A stretch of DNA of 64,000 nt from a plasmid, in the sequence record NZ_CP024587.1, one strand, 5' to 3'. The position numbers were made by a program, and so were the translations under genes. Below, piece after piece: positions 11,151 through 20,688 of this stretch. The notes below the pieces were generated by a model. It was not told the DNA's origin and made no database searches. It worked only from the letters and a program-made list of their open reading frames with translations. Numbering within the stretch: the stretch's first letter is position 1; each line of letters opens with the position of its first letter.

Positions 11151-11679
11151 GCAGCGGTTCACCACGGCACGCGTCGCGGAAAGGGCGGGCGTGAGTGTCG
11201 GGTCTCTGTACCAGTACTTCCCGAACAAGGCGGCCATCCTGTTCCGGATACAGCGCGATGAATGGCGCCAGACGACTGACCTGCTACGCACGATCCTTGA
11301 GGACGCCTCAAAGCCACCGCTGGACAGGCTGCGGGCCTTGGTTCACGCCTTCATCTGCTCGGAATGCGAGGAGGCGGCCGTCCGGGCCGCACTCGACGAC
11401 GCGGCGCCCCTTTACCGCGACGCTCCGGAAGCAGAAGAAGCGCGGGCGGCAGGAGACCGCGTCATCGAGGCTTTCATGCGTGACGTTCTGCCCGATGCCT
11501 CGGACGCTACACGCGAGCTGGCTGGCGACCTCGTCATGACCACGATGAGCACCGTTGGGAAGGAGTTCTCCGAGGAGTCGCTCTCGGCGGCGGACATCAG
11601 CGCTTATGCGGATGCCATGGCCGACATGTTCTGCGCCTATCTCGGAAACCATGGTCTCGGGCGCCGCCCCGGCAGGTAG
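11149..11679 (+). pseudogene. TetR-family regulator, N-terminally truncated by transposon insertion
   Basis: The frame opens directly after a stop at the transposon end and reads 'QQRFTTARVAERAGVSVGSLYQYFPNKAAILF', which is the HTH helix 2-3 of TetR. About 20-25 N-terminal residues are missing. Confidence 0.6.
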
Positions 11680-11779
11680 TTGCCTCCACGGTGACCACCG
11701 CGCGGGGCCTTGGGTCTATCTCCCGTGCCCATCGCCTCCGGCACAAGTGGAGCTAGCCGCGGCTGAACTCGTGCGGCTC

Positions 11780-11989
11780 CCCGTCACGCCGGAAGCATTG
11801 TTGCGCGCACAAGGCTGGAACCAGCGCTGGGGCCGGTGGTCGCTGCTGTTCAGCTGGCTGCCGGTGATCGGCGCTCCGCTGACGGTCGTGGCTGGGGTGA
11901 TGCGCGAGCCGTTCCCGCTGTTCCTGGCGCTGGTCACCCTGGCCAAGGTCGGGCGCTATCTGGTCCTGGCCGCGGTCACCTTGGACTGA
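11780..11989 (+). CDS. Possible DedA/YqaA-family membrane protein fragment
   Basis: 'LLFSWLPVIGAPLTVVAGVMREPFPLFLALVTLAKVGRYLVLAAV' resembles the YqaA C-terminal region. No clear start. Confidence 0.3.
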   Translation, partial: PVTPEALLRAQGWNQRWGRWSLLFSWLPVIGAPLTVVAGVMREPFPLFLALVTLAKVGRYLVLAAVTLD

Positions 11990-12297
11990 AGCGGATGATG
12001 CGGGTTACGGAGGCCGTCCCGGTCAGCCGGCTGCGAGGTGTTCGATGAGGATGCCGAGGCCGATCCCCATCAGGCACAGGCCGCCCAGTCCCTCGGCCCA
12101 ACGCCCGAGGCGACCGCCGACAAGCCGCCCCACCATCATGCCCGCGGTTGCCAGAGCGAAAGCCGCCTCACATCGCCATGGCTGCACGGAATTTGCGGGA
12201 GAAAGAACCTGTGTCGTCCCGGCACCTACAGGTGTGGCACCAGATCGCGCTGCTTCCGGCTTGGCTCTGGGCCATCTTCTGGCTATGGATCGTTCCC

Positions 12298-12612
12298 ATG
12301 TCAAAGAAGTTCATCGCTGACGTGATTCAGCAATCCTCCGATCTGACCGGCCTGGCCTCGGTGCGGCTGGCGGGTGCGGTGATCGAGGCCATCAAGGCCG
12401 AGATCGTCGAGACCGGTCGCTTCTCGCTGCCGGAGTTCGGCTCCTTCTCGGTGCGAGAAACCCCGAAGCGGACCAAGATGAACCCGCGCACCGGCGAGAA
12501 GGTCCAGGTCAAGGCCGGCGCGACGGTGAGGTTCAAGCCGTCGCCGAACCTGAAGGAGGCGGTGTTCGCCGGCGTGAAGAAGGCCCGCCGCAAGGCCGCC
12601 AAGGCCGGCTGA
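12298..12612 (+). CDS. hup: HU/IHF-family DNA-binding protein
   Basis: 104 aa; 'MSKKFIADVIQQ...GRFSLPEFGSFSVRETPKRTKMNPRTGEKVQVKAGATVRFKPSPNLKEAV' shows the HU arm and fold. Confidence 0.8.
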   Translation: MSKKFIADVIQQSSDLTGLASVRLAGAVIEAIKAEIVETGRFSLPEFGSFSVRETPKRTKMNPRTGEKVQVKAGATVRFKPSPNLKEAVFAGVKKARRKAAKAG

Positions 12613-12846
12613 CAGGACGCGCCGCGATCACCGGCGCGCCCTGTCGGCTCTTCTCCATCACCGCCTGAGCGAGGACTTTCTTCGTCACATTGTTTCACTA
12701 CAGATCCGTCAGCCTGAGGGAGCCGAGAGCGTCCCAGGCGGAACGATGTAAGCGGGGCCACGAGGCCCTTGGCACTTTGATCTGTGGTAGAGCCGCTGCT
12801 CTTCCTGACATTGAGCACAGCGGCATAGCGCAGGAACTGGGTCGGG

Positions 12847-13455
12847 CTATTCGATCAGGAACGCCTCGCGGCGCCCTCCCGCCGCTTCGTGCGTGACGAT
12901 CCAGCTGGGCGGGCGGCCACGGCCGCTCCACTCCTGGCCGTTCGGCCCACGATACCTGACGGGGACCCGGGCGCCGGCGCGCCGGCTCCGTCCACCCGGC
13001 CCGTGGCCAGGGGCGGGCATGCGGTCATGCACCAATCCCGCCGCCGACAGACCGAGAGCCGCGGCCTTGCTTTCGAACTCGGCGACCAGATCGGCTCTCG
13101 CCTGTTCCAGGCTGGCACGAGCATCCACCTCCCCGCCATCTGTCACGAGTTCAGGGTCCTGCGGTGCGGCGGGTCGACTGGGGTCCACGGCGCTCCCAGC
13201 CTCGGGTGCGTTCCCGGCATCCATCACCAGATCCCGCGCCTGCGCATGCTGCTCCAGCATCGCCGCCAGCGTCGCGTGGGTCTCCAGGAACCCGTCCGCG
13301 CGCCGCACCACCACACTGCCGCCACATGCAGCGAACACGCGCCGCTGCTGCGTCAAGCGCTGCAATTGCTCGGGCGTAGCCACAAGAACCTGGTAGCCAC
13401 AGGCCTGCAGCGTCGCCTTATGCTCAGGTGTCAGGTGCAATGACGTGGCTTCCAC
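12847..13455 (-). CDS. H-NS-family DNA-binding domain protein (C-terminal H-NS motif)
   Basis: C-terminus 'VRYRGPNGQEWSGRGRPPSWI' matches the H-NS/MvaT/Lsr2-type DNA-binding loop (RGxxGxTWSGRGRxPxW). The N-terminal part is atypical. Confidence 0.6.
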   Translation of the reverse strand: MEATSLHLTPEHKATLQACGYQVLVATPEQLQRLTQQRRVFAACGGSVVVRRADGFLETHATLAAMLEQHAQARDLVMDAGNAPEAGSAVDPSRPAAPQDPELVTDGGEVDARASLEQARADLVAEFESKAAALGLSAAGLVHDRMPAPGHGPGGRSRRAGARVPVRYRGPNGQEWSGRGRPPSWIVTHEAAGGRREAFLIE

Positions 13456-13654
13456 GTTTGGGGGTCATTGGGCGCCATAGTCTTCTCTTTATCGTTGGCT
13501 CTTGCGGAATGCGCAGGTGGACCGCTCCTGAAAGTCCGGATTGGTTGGTTATCGGTTGCGCGCTCCGCCCTGTCCGAGGTGGGACGTCCGGCGGGCGATG
13601 TCACCCCTCTTTCGGGTGCACAGCAACGCTTCGGCCACCTGCCGGCATCCACCG

Positions 13655-14506
13655 CTATGGCACCGCCTGGACCCGGATGCCCCCGAATGCGCTATCCTGC
13701 CGCAGGGTCACCACGCGTTGCCGGGCGAGTTCCAGCCCGGCCAGGAAGGTGTTCGCCACGGCGGATCGCTGCCGCAGCGGTGTTGCCGGGGCGGGCGTCC
13801 GCCCGGCTCCGACGCCGAGCAGGTCCACCTCGCCTAGCTGCTCCTCCAGCGCCTGGCGCAGCCATGCCAGGGCGTCCGGCAGGGTCCAGACATCCGGCGC
13901 CACGGGACGGTAGACCCGCGCGATGTCCCCAGGCGCCGAGCCCTGGCCCTGCCCCTCCAGCATGAGCAGCGTCGCCTCCAGGAAGGCCACCACCATCGCC
14001 GCCCGCGGCGGCAGATCCCTCTCCGCCTCCCCTGCCCCGCTGCCCCGGCCCAGCACGTCGATGCCCCGCTGTGGCCGCGCCGTGAGCCACGCCGCCGCCG
14101 CCCGGATCGCCGCCTGCTCCTCCCAGCGCCGCAGCTGCCGCGCCGCCTCCTCCCCGGCCTCACCCGGGGCTTCGCCCGCGACCTCCGGCACCGGCGGCAG
14201 CAGCGCCTGTGCCTTCAGCCGCACCAACTCGCTCGCCATCACCAGCCAGTCCGCCTGCCGCTCCAGCGGCACCTGGCCGCGGCTTGCCTCCAGTGCGGCC
14301 ACGAACTGCTCGGCGAGGGGCACGATCGACAGCTGCCCCAGCCGCAGCTTCTGCTGGCGCACCATCTCCAGGAGGAAGTCGAGCGGTCCCTCGAAGTCCT
14401 CCAGGCTGAGCACCGGCGGGCCACCGGGATGTGGCGCGGCCTCCCTGCCCTGCCCCGCCGGATACTCCCAGGCCACCGCTACCTCAGCCATCCTCCGGCC
14501 CCGCAT
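13655..14506 (-). CDS. scpA: ScpA-like (segregation and condensation protein A / kleisin) protein
   Basis: 'LSLEDFEGPLDFLLEMVRQQKLRLGQLSIVPLAEQFVAALE' matches the ScpA N-terminus. No scpB is recognised next to it. Confidence 0.6.
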   Translation of the reverse strand: MRGRRMAEVAVAWEYPAGQGREAAPHPGGPPVLSLEDFEGPLDFLLEMVRQQKLRLGQLSIVPLAEQFVAALEASRGQVPLERQADWLVMASELVRLKAQALLPPVPEVAGEAPGEAGEEAARQLRRWEEQAAIRAAAAWLTARPQRGIDVLGRGSGAGEAERDLPPRAAMVVAFLEATLLMLEGQGQGSAPGDIARVYRPVAPDVWTLPDALAWLRQALEEQLGEVDLLGVGAGRTPAPATPLRQRSAVANTFLAGLELARQRVVTLRQDSAFGGIRVQAVP

Positions 14507-15119
14507 AATCCGGCCGCAGCTCCAGCGTCAGCTCCGGCCAGGCCCGGCGCAGCCGCCGCAGCGCCTGCCAGGGCGACCAGTCCGCCGACCAGAACTCCAC
14601 CGCCAGTGCGTCCATCCGCCGCTGCCGCCCGTCGCGCCCGGCCGGCACCTCCCGCACGTGCCGCAGCGCCCGGGTCGTGCCCCAGTGCGCCCAGAGCCAG
14701 GCCCGGGCCTGCGGGTCGTCGGGGCCCAGCGCCAGCAGCCGCTCCGGCACCGGCAGCAGCCGCTGCAGGTCGAAGGGACAGCTGAGCTCGCCGGTCCTCC
14801 GCGCCACCGCCCGCTGCTGCAGCACCGCCACCGCATCGTGCAGCCGCTGCGACAGGATCCGTGCCCCGGCCAGGCTGATCGCCCGCTCCCCGTCCGGTGG
14901 CCCCGCCAGCTGCAGGAACCAGTCCTCGCGCAGCCGCTCCAGGTCGTGCTGCCAGGGGATCACCCCGGGGCCCGCCGCCGCCGCCCGGAAATCCGCCATC
15001 CGCGCCGCCGGACCGCTGATCCGCAGCCTGTTGCGCAGCCAGTCGGTGTGCGCCGGCGCCAGCGGGGCCTCGTCCCCGGCCGGGGCAGCAATGGCATCCG
15101 GCACGGAGGCGGACGGCAC
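14484..15119 (-). CDS. Hypothetical protein, co-oriented between the integrase and scpA
   Basis: 211-aa ORF overlapping the scpA start by 23 nt; no family recognised. Confidence 0.4.
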   Translation of the reverse strand: MPSASVPDAIAAPAGDEAPLAPAHTDWLRNRLRISGPAARMADFRAAAAGPGVIPWQHDLERLREDWFLQLAGPPDGERAISLAGARILSQRLHDAVAVLQQRAVARRTGELSCPFDLQRLLPVPERLLALGPDDPQARAWLWAHWGTTRALRHVREVPAGRDGRQRRMDALAVEFWSADWSPWQALRRLRRAWPELTLELRPDYAGPEDG

Positions 15120-15134
15120 GGCCAGACCCCTCGC

Positions 15135-16166
15135 CTACAGGTCGAGCAGCCGGGCCGGGCTGTCGCGGGTGATGCGGACCCGGCGGCGATACCCCTGCGT
15201 GGTGGCGATGCTCTTCTGCCGGGCGTGGTGCATCACCTGCTCGTCCAGCGCCCCCTTCAGATAGGCCTCGGTGATGAAGCCCGCCCGCAGCCCGTGCGGG
15301 CTCAGCCGCTCGGCCGTGTCCACCGTGATCCGGGCCAGCTCCGCCCGCCGGCGCAGGATGCGCCAGACGCCATGGTCGGTGAGCCGGCCCTCGATCTGGC
15401 CACCGGCCGAGAGGCGGCGGAACACCGGTCCATAGGCGATGCGCGCCCGGCGCAGCCATTCCTCCATCGCCCGCACCGGGCAGGACAGCACGTTCCGCCC
15501 GCGCGGGATGCCGATGCTCGCCCCCTCCCGCTCCTGGTCGCGCTTGGAATGGGGGATGAACAGTACCATCCCCTCCGTCGTGAAGCGCAGGTGCTCGTGG
15601 TCGATCGCCACCAGCTCGGAGCGCCGCAACGCCCCGGCGAAGCCGATCAGGAACAGCGCCCGGTCGCGCAGGCCACGGAGGTCGCTGCCGCAGGCGCCCA
15701 GCAACGCCTTGACCTCGGTGGAGGTCAGCGCCGCGGCCGGGCGAGCGGGAGCGCCGTGCTGGCCGAGGATACCGCGCAGCGTGGCGTTGATCACCGGGTC
15801 CCGGCTCTGCCAGGGATGGCCCAGGCGGCGATGCTCATGGGCGATCGCCGCCAGGCGGCGGCGCAACCCGCTGCGGCCGAGCTTGCGGGCCAGGCTCGCC
15901 AGATAGGCCGCGACGACCACCGGCTGGGCCGGCAGCGCGGCCACGCCGCCGGCGGCGCACCAGGCGGCGAAGTCGGCCCAGTCGGCGGCATAGGCGCGCC
16001 TCGTGTTGTCGGCCAGCGCCCGGCCGGCGTAGCGCGCCGCCTCCGCCACCGCCTCGCCAACCGGACCGGTGAGCACGGCCAGCGCCTCCGGCGGCAGCGG
16101 CTCCCGCACCAGGCGCTGCACCGACCGGGGAAGATCGGAGGGCCAGTCGGCAGGCTGATCCGTCAT
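15135..16166 (-). CDS. Tyrosine site-specific recombinase (XerD/phage-integrase family)
   Basis: N-terminal SAM-like domain plus C-terminal catalytic 'HSKRDQ...', 'HGLRAGFITEA' and 'ATTQGYRRRV' (R..H-x-x-R..Y). The ATG overlaps the vapC stop (ATGA). Confidence 0.85.
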   Translation of the reverse strand: MTDQPADWPSDLPRSVQRLVREPLPPEALAVLTGPVGEAVAEAARYAGRALADNTRRAYAADWADFAAWCAAGGVAALPAQPVVVAAYLASLARKLGRSGLRRRLAAIAHEHRRLGHPWQSRDPVINATLRGILGQHGAPARPAAALTSTEVKALLGACGSDLRGLRDRALFLIGFAGALRRSELVAIDHEHLRFTTEGMVLFIPHSKRDQEREGASIGIPRGRNVLSCPVRAMEEWLRRARIAYGPVFRRLSAGGQIEGRLTDHGVWRILRRRAELARITVDTAERLSPHGLRAGFITEAYLKGALDEQVMHHARQKSIATTQGYRRRVRITRDSPARLLDL

Positions 16167-16585
16167 GCGGCCTCCCACGGGTTCACCAGCGTGGCACCCA
16201 GCCCTTCGAAATCGGTCGTGTTCCGGGTAGCGAGGGTCGCGCCATGGGCCAATGCCATCCCCCCGATCAGCGCATCGGCCAGAGCAATGGGCCGGCCCGC
16301 GGCCTCTCGCGCCGCGCGGGCCCGCGCATAACGGGCGACACAGCTCGCATCGAGAACCAGGATCCGGTCCGCGAACCCCTCGGCGAGGAAACGTTCGAAG
16401 AGGCTCTCGAGACCGGCCCGGCGCTGCCCCTCCGGCAATCGCGCAAGCCCATAGCGGATTTCGGCCACGACCAGACTGGGCAGGAACAGGGTTTCCAGGC
16501 GCTGGGCGGCGAGGAAGCGCCGCACCGCCGCATCCGGGCTGGCCCGCATGAGTTCCGAGACGACGTTGGTATCGAGCAGGATCAC
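16163..16585 (-). CDS. vapC: VapC PIN-domain toxin
   Basis: 'MILLDTNVVSEL...' with the conserved PIN acidic residues and 'TLATRNTTDFEGLGATLVNPW' C-terminus. Confidence 0.85.
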   Translation of the reverse strand: MILLDTNVVSELMRASPDAAVRRFLAAQRLETLFLPSLVVAEIRYGLARLPEGQRRAGLESLFERFLAEGFADRILVLDASCVARYARARAAREAAGRPIALADALIGGMALAHGATLATRNTTDFEGLGATLVNPWEAA

Positions 16586-16842
16586 CCTTCGTCCTCACCG
16601 AAGAGTGGCGGGCGGTCCCGCTCCGTGCCGCGGGGCGGCAGAACAAGGTCAAAGCCCCGCTCGGCACCGAACAAGCGCTCGGCGATGGCAGGCAGGGTCT
16701 CGCTGCCCACGGTGTCCCGGGCCATGGCAGCGCGGAGAAGCTCGCGGGCCTCTTCCTCGACAGAACGCCGGTGCCGGCGGGCGCGGGCCTTGAGCTGCTC
16801 CCGCAACGCCTCGTCGACGTTCCGGATCAACAGGCTTGCCAT
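16582..16842 (-). CDS. vapB: VapB/FitA-type antitoxin (RHH or Arc-like)
   Basis: 'MASLLIRNVDEALREQLKARARRHRRSVEEEARELLRAAM', 86 aa. Its stop overlaps the vapC ATG. Confidence 0.7.
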   Translation of the reverse strand: MASLLIRNVDEALREQLKARARRHRRSVEEEARELLRAAMARDTVGSETLPAIAERLFGAERGFDLVLPPRGTERDRPPLFGEDEG

Positions 16843-16875
16843 GTCGTGCTTCTGCCCAATCCAGCCACGGACACT

Positions 16876-16895
16876 ATGCTATCAAATGCTATCAA
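16876..16895. promoter_or_regulatory. Tandem direct repeat ATGCTATCAA x2 upstream of vapB (candidate VapB operator)
   Basis: Perfect 10-bp tandem repeat 34-53 bp upstream of the vapB start, in a low-GC stretch. Confidence 0.4.
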
Positions 16896-17154
16896 GCTGC
16901 ACCAAACCCTTATGAGATCCGGCCGCCCTTCAGCCTTGTGGTCCCGGGCAGTTGCCATGCCCCAGAACCTCCTCGCAGCCTGCTGGCGTTGGTATGCTCG
17001 CCAAGGCTTCATCGGGGGCAGGAAACGAAAGCGCTCTCAGTGCCCGGCTTATGAGCACGCCGAGGAAATAGCGCTCAGGCGTCGATAGGCTTCCAGCCAT
17101 GGCGGGCCCGGCTGCGTCGTAGAATCGAAAGAGAAATGGTCGCCGCGTGCTGGG

Positions 17155-17514
17155 TCATGGAGCGCCCTCTCTGGCGACCGTTGGCTGACCGAAGCCGAAC
17201 ACCCCGAAGAACAGCAGGGCCTGCTCCGCCAGCCAGTCCGCTGGTGCCTCGCCCAGCTTGCCGGCGATGACCGAGCGATCCAGCGTTGCCAGCTTATCGA
17301 AGCGCACCACGGACAGGATCTTTAAGCCGGTCCCCGGACTGGCCGCGAGCGCTGCCATATCGGGGCCGGTGCGGGGCACGGAGGTGATGAAGCAGACCAC
17401 GAGGTCGGTCCGCCGGTCATTGTCGCGTGAGACCACCAGCGCCGGGCGCCGCTTGTCGCCGGACAGGTCGGTGAAAGGAAAGCGGGTGAGAACGATGCTG
17501 CCGAAAGCGAACAC
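17155..17514 (-). CDS. MazF/PemK-family type II toxin (endoribonuclease fold)
   Basis: 'GSIVLTRFPFTDLSGDKRRPALVVSRD' and 'VVCFITS' are PemK/MazF hallmarks. Confidence 0.65.
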   Translation of the reverse strand: MFAFGSIVLTRFPFTDLSGDKRRPALVVSRDNDRRTDLVVCFITSVPRTGPDMAALAASPGTGLKILSVVRFDKLATLDRSVIAGKLGEAPADWLAEQALLFFGVFGFGQPTVAREGAP

Positions 17515-17751
17515 CTAGCGCCGCGTCTCCACCAGGTCGTCATCCGAATATAGGTCGGGCTCATCCCGCAGCCAGTCGAACGCCTTGCCGTCCTGAGCCA
17601 TCCTGCCCATGGGAAGGGTCTCGTTCTCGGTGAACTCGACCACGACATGCACACGGACACCCCCAGGGATGCCACGCCGGGCGAGTTCCGCCGAGACGTC
17701 CCCAGCCGTGGCATCGAGAATGATCTGCGGCATCGATTGGCTCTCCTGCAA
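17515..17751 (-). CDS. Putative cognate antitoxin (family not recognised)
   Basis: 78-aa ORF immediately upstream of the toxin and abutting it (stop/start adjacent), acidic C-terminus 'DWLRDEPDLYSDDDLVE'. Confidence 0.4.
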   Translation of the reverse strand: MQESQSMPQIILDATAGDVSAELARRGIPGGVRVHVVVEFTENETLPMGRMAQDGKAFDWLRDEPDLYSDDDLVETRR

Positions 17752-18311
17752 GCCCCGGGATTCTAGCGGTTCCGGCCCGGGTCGTCTTGCCTGATGAGCG
17801 ACGACGATCTCCGGAGAAGACCATGCTGGAGCTGTTTAGCCTTCCACTCGAAATAGGGCAACTGCCAGTTCCTCAATCATCAGGCACGATAATAGATGCT
17901 TATCGTGCCTGATAATCGGATAACACATTGTTGTCGCGAGATAGATGGCGCCATCCACCGGCAGCAGTCCTCGCACCCAGCATCCCATCACGAAGACAGA
18001 AGCAGCCATCCCGGCAGAGGCAGGATCGTGGCACATCCTTCTGCCTTCCGCCGGTGGGAATGGCGGCGCGGCCCCCGATTTTTCCTGTTCCCGTTCGCAT
18101 CGCGCGGTTCCAGAGCTTGGAGCCGTCGCCGCGAGAGCACAGCACAATGGGTGGATCGGCCGCAGCGAGGTACGACGAGGTTCCTGGCCCTTCCTGGCTG
18201 GCTCGGGCATGCTTCCAGGTGCCAGCACCAACCCCGTATGCCCCCCGCCCCGGGGCAGGAGCCCCTTGGAACACCAGGATGGTCCGTCCCCTGACCGACA
18301 GAACCGCAAGC

Positions 18312-18665
18312 ATGGGAAAGCTCGATACCCCTCTGCCGGCAAACTACCTGAGCGCCATCCAGCAGCTGGTCGACAAGCGCAACGCCCAGGCCATGCAGGA
18401 ACAGAAGCGTTTCTTCGCACGCGATCTGCACGAGGAAGCGCTCGCGGAGCTGATCCAGCGTGCCGAGGCGGGCGAGCCAATCATCTTCATGGCCACCCCC
18501 GCCTCCAGGGCCTCCCGCAGAACTTTGTGGGTCGATGAGAAGCTCAAGGCCGGAGTGGATCACCTGGCCATGCTGCATGGCGTCACCCGCTCGGCAGTGG
18601 TCTGGACCGCCTTGCACGGTTATCTGGAACGCCGGGACGCCCTGCGAGGGGCAATCGCCGCCTAG
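18312..18665 (+). CDS. Small ribbon-helix-helix (CopG-like) protein
   Basis: 'RRTLWVDEKLKAGVDHLAMLHGVTRSAVVWTAL' shows a beta-strand/helix/helix pattern. Start chosen at the internal Met of ORF 17928-18665. Confidence 0.4.
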   Translation: MGKLDTPLPANYLSAIQQLVDKRNAQAMQEQKRFFARDLHEEALAELIQRAEAGEPIIFMATPASRASRRTLWVDEKLKAGVDHLAMLHGVTRSAVVWTALHGYLERRDALRGAIAA

Positions 18666-18937
18666 AATACTATTTTGCGGAGTTTTACGGCTGGACTTTG
18701 GCCAGCATATGCCCGCAATGTCCACCGTCCGGACTCGTCACCCGACGTTTGCGGACATTCCTTCCACCGTCCTGTGAGGACCCAACCCATAGCGCGCTGA
18801 AAAGCAAAACGGCCGGTGCCTGCAAGCACCAGCCGTATCGCACTGAAAACTCTGGATTGGGCCAAAAATGTCTGACCCCAATCTAGAAACGGGCTCACCC
18901 TTCGTCAAGCGACACTTCGCCTGACAACGGGAGAGCC

Positions 18938-20305
18938 TTGTCGACGGTGCGGCTGCGCGCTCGCGAGGAGCGAGCCATGTCGAGTTCGGATTCCGACCCC
19001 CCGGCCCCACCCCGGCCCACCGGCCGGCGCCGCGTCACCCCGGCGCAGATCCGCAACACCGCGGACCTCACCGGCCGCATCGAGGCGGTCAGCCATGTGC
19101 GGGTGCTGGCGGTGTTCAAGCGGGTCTTCCCGCTGCTGGGCCTGGACGAGCGCCTGCGCACGCTGATCGACGTGCTGTTCCGCTACACCACGGCACAGGA
19201 CTGGAACGGCGAGGGACTGCCGATCGTCTGGCCCGGCCGCTGGCAGCTGATGCGCGACCTCGGCCTCGGCCTGCGGGCGGTGCAGTACCACCTCGCTTTG
19301 GCGCTGGAGGCCGGGCTGATCGTCTCGCACGAGCAGGGCGGCGGGCAGCACTGGGGCATGCGGGATGCGGAGGGACGCATCATCCGGGCCTCGGGCTTCA
19401 GCCTGGCGCCGCTGGCCGAGCGGCTGCCCGCCTGGGAGCGGCTGCTGGAGGTGCAGCGGCAGGAAGCGGCCGAGGCGGCGCGGCTGCGGCGCGAATGCGG
19501 CTTCCTGCGGCGGCGGACGCTGGAGCTGACGGCGCTGGGCCAGGCGCGCGAGCTGCCCGGTTCCGACTGGCTGGCGGTGGAACGGGAGGCCGAGGCCCTC
19601 ACCCTCCAGAGCCGCCGCCTGGACGATCCGCGTCCCCTGGCCCCCATCGCCGGTCGGCTGCGCCTGTTGCTGGACGAGACCGAGCGCCTGATCCGGGCGG
19701 CCATCCCTGCGGATCACGGGGAGGATTCACCCCACGGTGCAACCTTGGTTCACCCCATTACAACTACAAACCACCCCTCTATCGCTAAAGCGATTGCACC
19801 CGTCGCCTGCGGCCATGCTCAGGAGGCAGGAGCAGGCGGAACCGGATCGCAGGAGCGGTCGGCCACGGAAGCGGTGGCAAAGGGAGCAGGAGGCGAGTCA
19901 GGACAGCCGGCGGTGCTGCGCGGCTTCCCGATGACGCCGGAGGTGCTGCTCCACCTCGTCCCGGGCCTGCGGGACCGGAGCCGCCGCGTGCCGGCCTCAT
20001 GGCGCGATACCTGGGTGCTGGCCAGCGATGCCGGCGCCGAGATCGGCATCTCGAAACACGCCCGGCTGCACGCATTGAACCTGCTGGGCCAGCAGGGCGG
20101 CGCTGTGGCGCTGGGCACCGTGCTGGCCAAGCACGAGGCTGGCCTGATCCGTAATCCTGGCGGCTACCTGCGGCGGATGCTGGAGAAACACCAGGAGGGC
20201 GACCTGCATCTGGATCGGACTCTGCACGGGCTGGCCGATACTGTGGGCCGGACCGGTACGCCGACTCGGGCATCGGGCGCGGCGGGATCCGTCATGCGAC
20301 CGTGA
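18938..20305 (+). CDS. repC: RepC-like replication initiator protein
   Basis: N-domain 'VLAVFKRVFPLLGLDERLRTLIDVLFRYTTAQDWNGEGLPIVWPGRWQLMRDLGLGLRAVQYHLALALEAGLIV' and C-domain 'GISKHARLHALNLLGQQGGAVALGTVLAKHEAGLIRNPGGYLRRM' match the RepC N- and C-terminal domains. Confidence 0.7.
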   Translation: MSTVRLRAREERAMSSSDSDPPAPPRPTGRRRVTPAQIRNTADLTGRIEAVSHVRVLAVFKRVFPLLGLDERLRTLIDVLFRYTTAQDWNGEGLPIVWPGRWQLMRDLGLGLRAVQYHLALALEAGLIVSHEQGGGQHWGMRDAEGRIIRASGFSLAPLAERLPAWERLLEVQRQEAAEAARLRRECGFLRRRTLELTALGQARELPGSDWLAVEREAEALTLQSRRLDDPRPLAPIAGRLRLLLDETERLIRAAIPADHGEDSPHGATLVHPITTTNHPSIAKAIAPVACGHAQEAGAGGTGSQERSATEAVAKGAGGESGQPAVLRGFPMTPEVLLHLVPGLRDRSRRVPASWRDTWVLASDAGAEIGISKHARLHALNLLGQQGGAVALGTVLAKHEAGLIRNPGGYLRRMLEKHQEGDLHLDRTLHGLADTVGRTGTPTRASGAAGSVMRP

Positions 20306-20414
20306 TCGGCTGAGGGTGAGGATTCACCGCGCCCCGCAACGTCCTGACGCACGGGCTTTGAACAGGTCGTGTAGCCGCCCGACCAGGCCGTGCTGTCACG
20401 AAACCGGGCACAAG

Positions 20415-20429
20415 GTTCTTGTTATGTTC
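20415..20429. promoter_or_regulatory. Alphaproteobacterial LexA (SOS) box GTTC-N7-GTTC
   Basis: GTTCTTGTTATGTTC lies 26 bp upstream of the first ORF of the imuB-dnaE2 operon. Confidence 0.6.
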
Positions 20430-20454
20430 TGGATTCGCCAGATAGCTTGCCGGC

Positions 20455-20688
20455 ATGTCCGACGAGCGTCCCAACGAATCCAGCGGCAATCCGCTGACCC
20501 CCGCGCGGCCGGAGGAGGTGGCCGAGGCCCTGTCCTACGCTCTGCGCTACGACGAGCGCGGCCGGCCGCGACCGCATGGCGGCGAGATGATCGCGGATCT
20601 GGCGGCCCAGCACCTGGCCCGCCATCTGGAGCGGGCCGGCTTCGTGCTGATGAAGCGCCCGCCCGGTCGGCCGCACCATGTCGGCTGA
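20455..20688 (+). CDS. Small ORF (77 aa) translationally coupled to imuB, in the position usually held by imuA
   Basis: 'MSDERPNESSGNPLTPARPEEVAEALSYALRYDERGRPRP...'. The stop overlaps the imuB start by 11 nt. Not RecA-like. Confidence 0.4.
   Translation: MSDERPNESSGNPLTPARPEEVAEALSYALRYDERGRPRPHGGEMIADLAAQHLARHLERAGFVLMKRPPGRPHHVG

Noticed and set aside
15135-16166. tRNA or att site adjacent to the integrase
   Set aside because: No tRNA-like cloverleaf or direct repeat could be recognised in the flanking sequence by eye. This needs comparison with an empty site.
13923-16331. 802-aa ORF on the + strand
   Set aside because: Antisense to the integrase, hypothetical and scpA genes. Composition is Arg/Pro/Ala-rich and low-complexity, as is typical of spurious high-GC ORFs, and no domain is recognisable.
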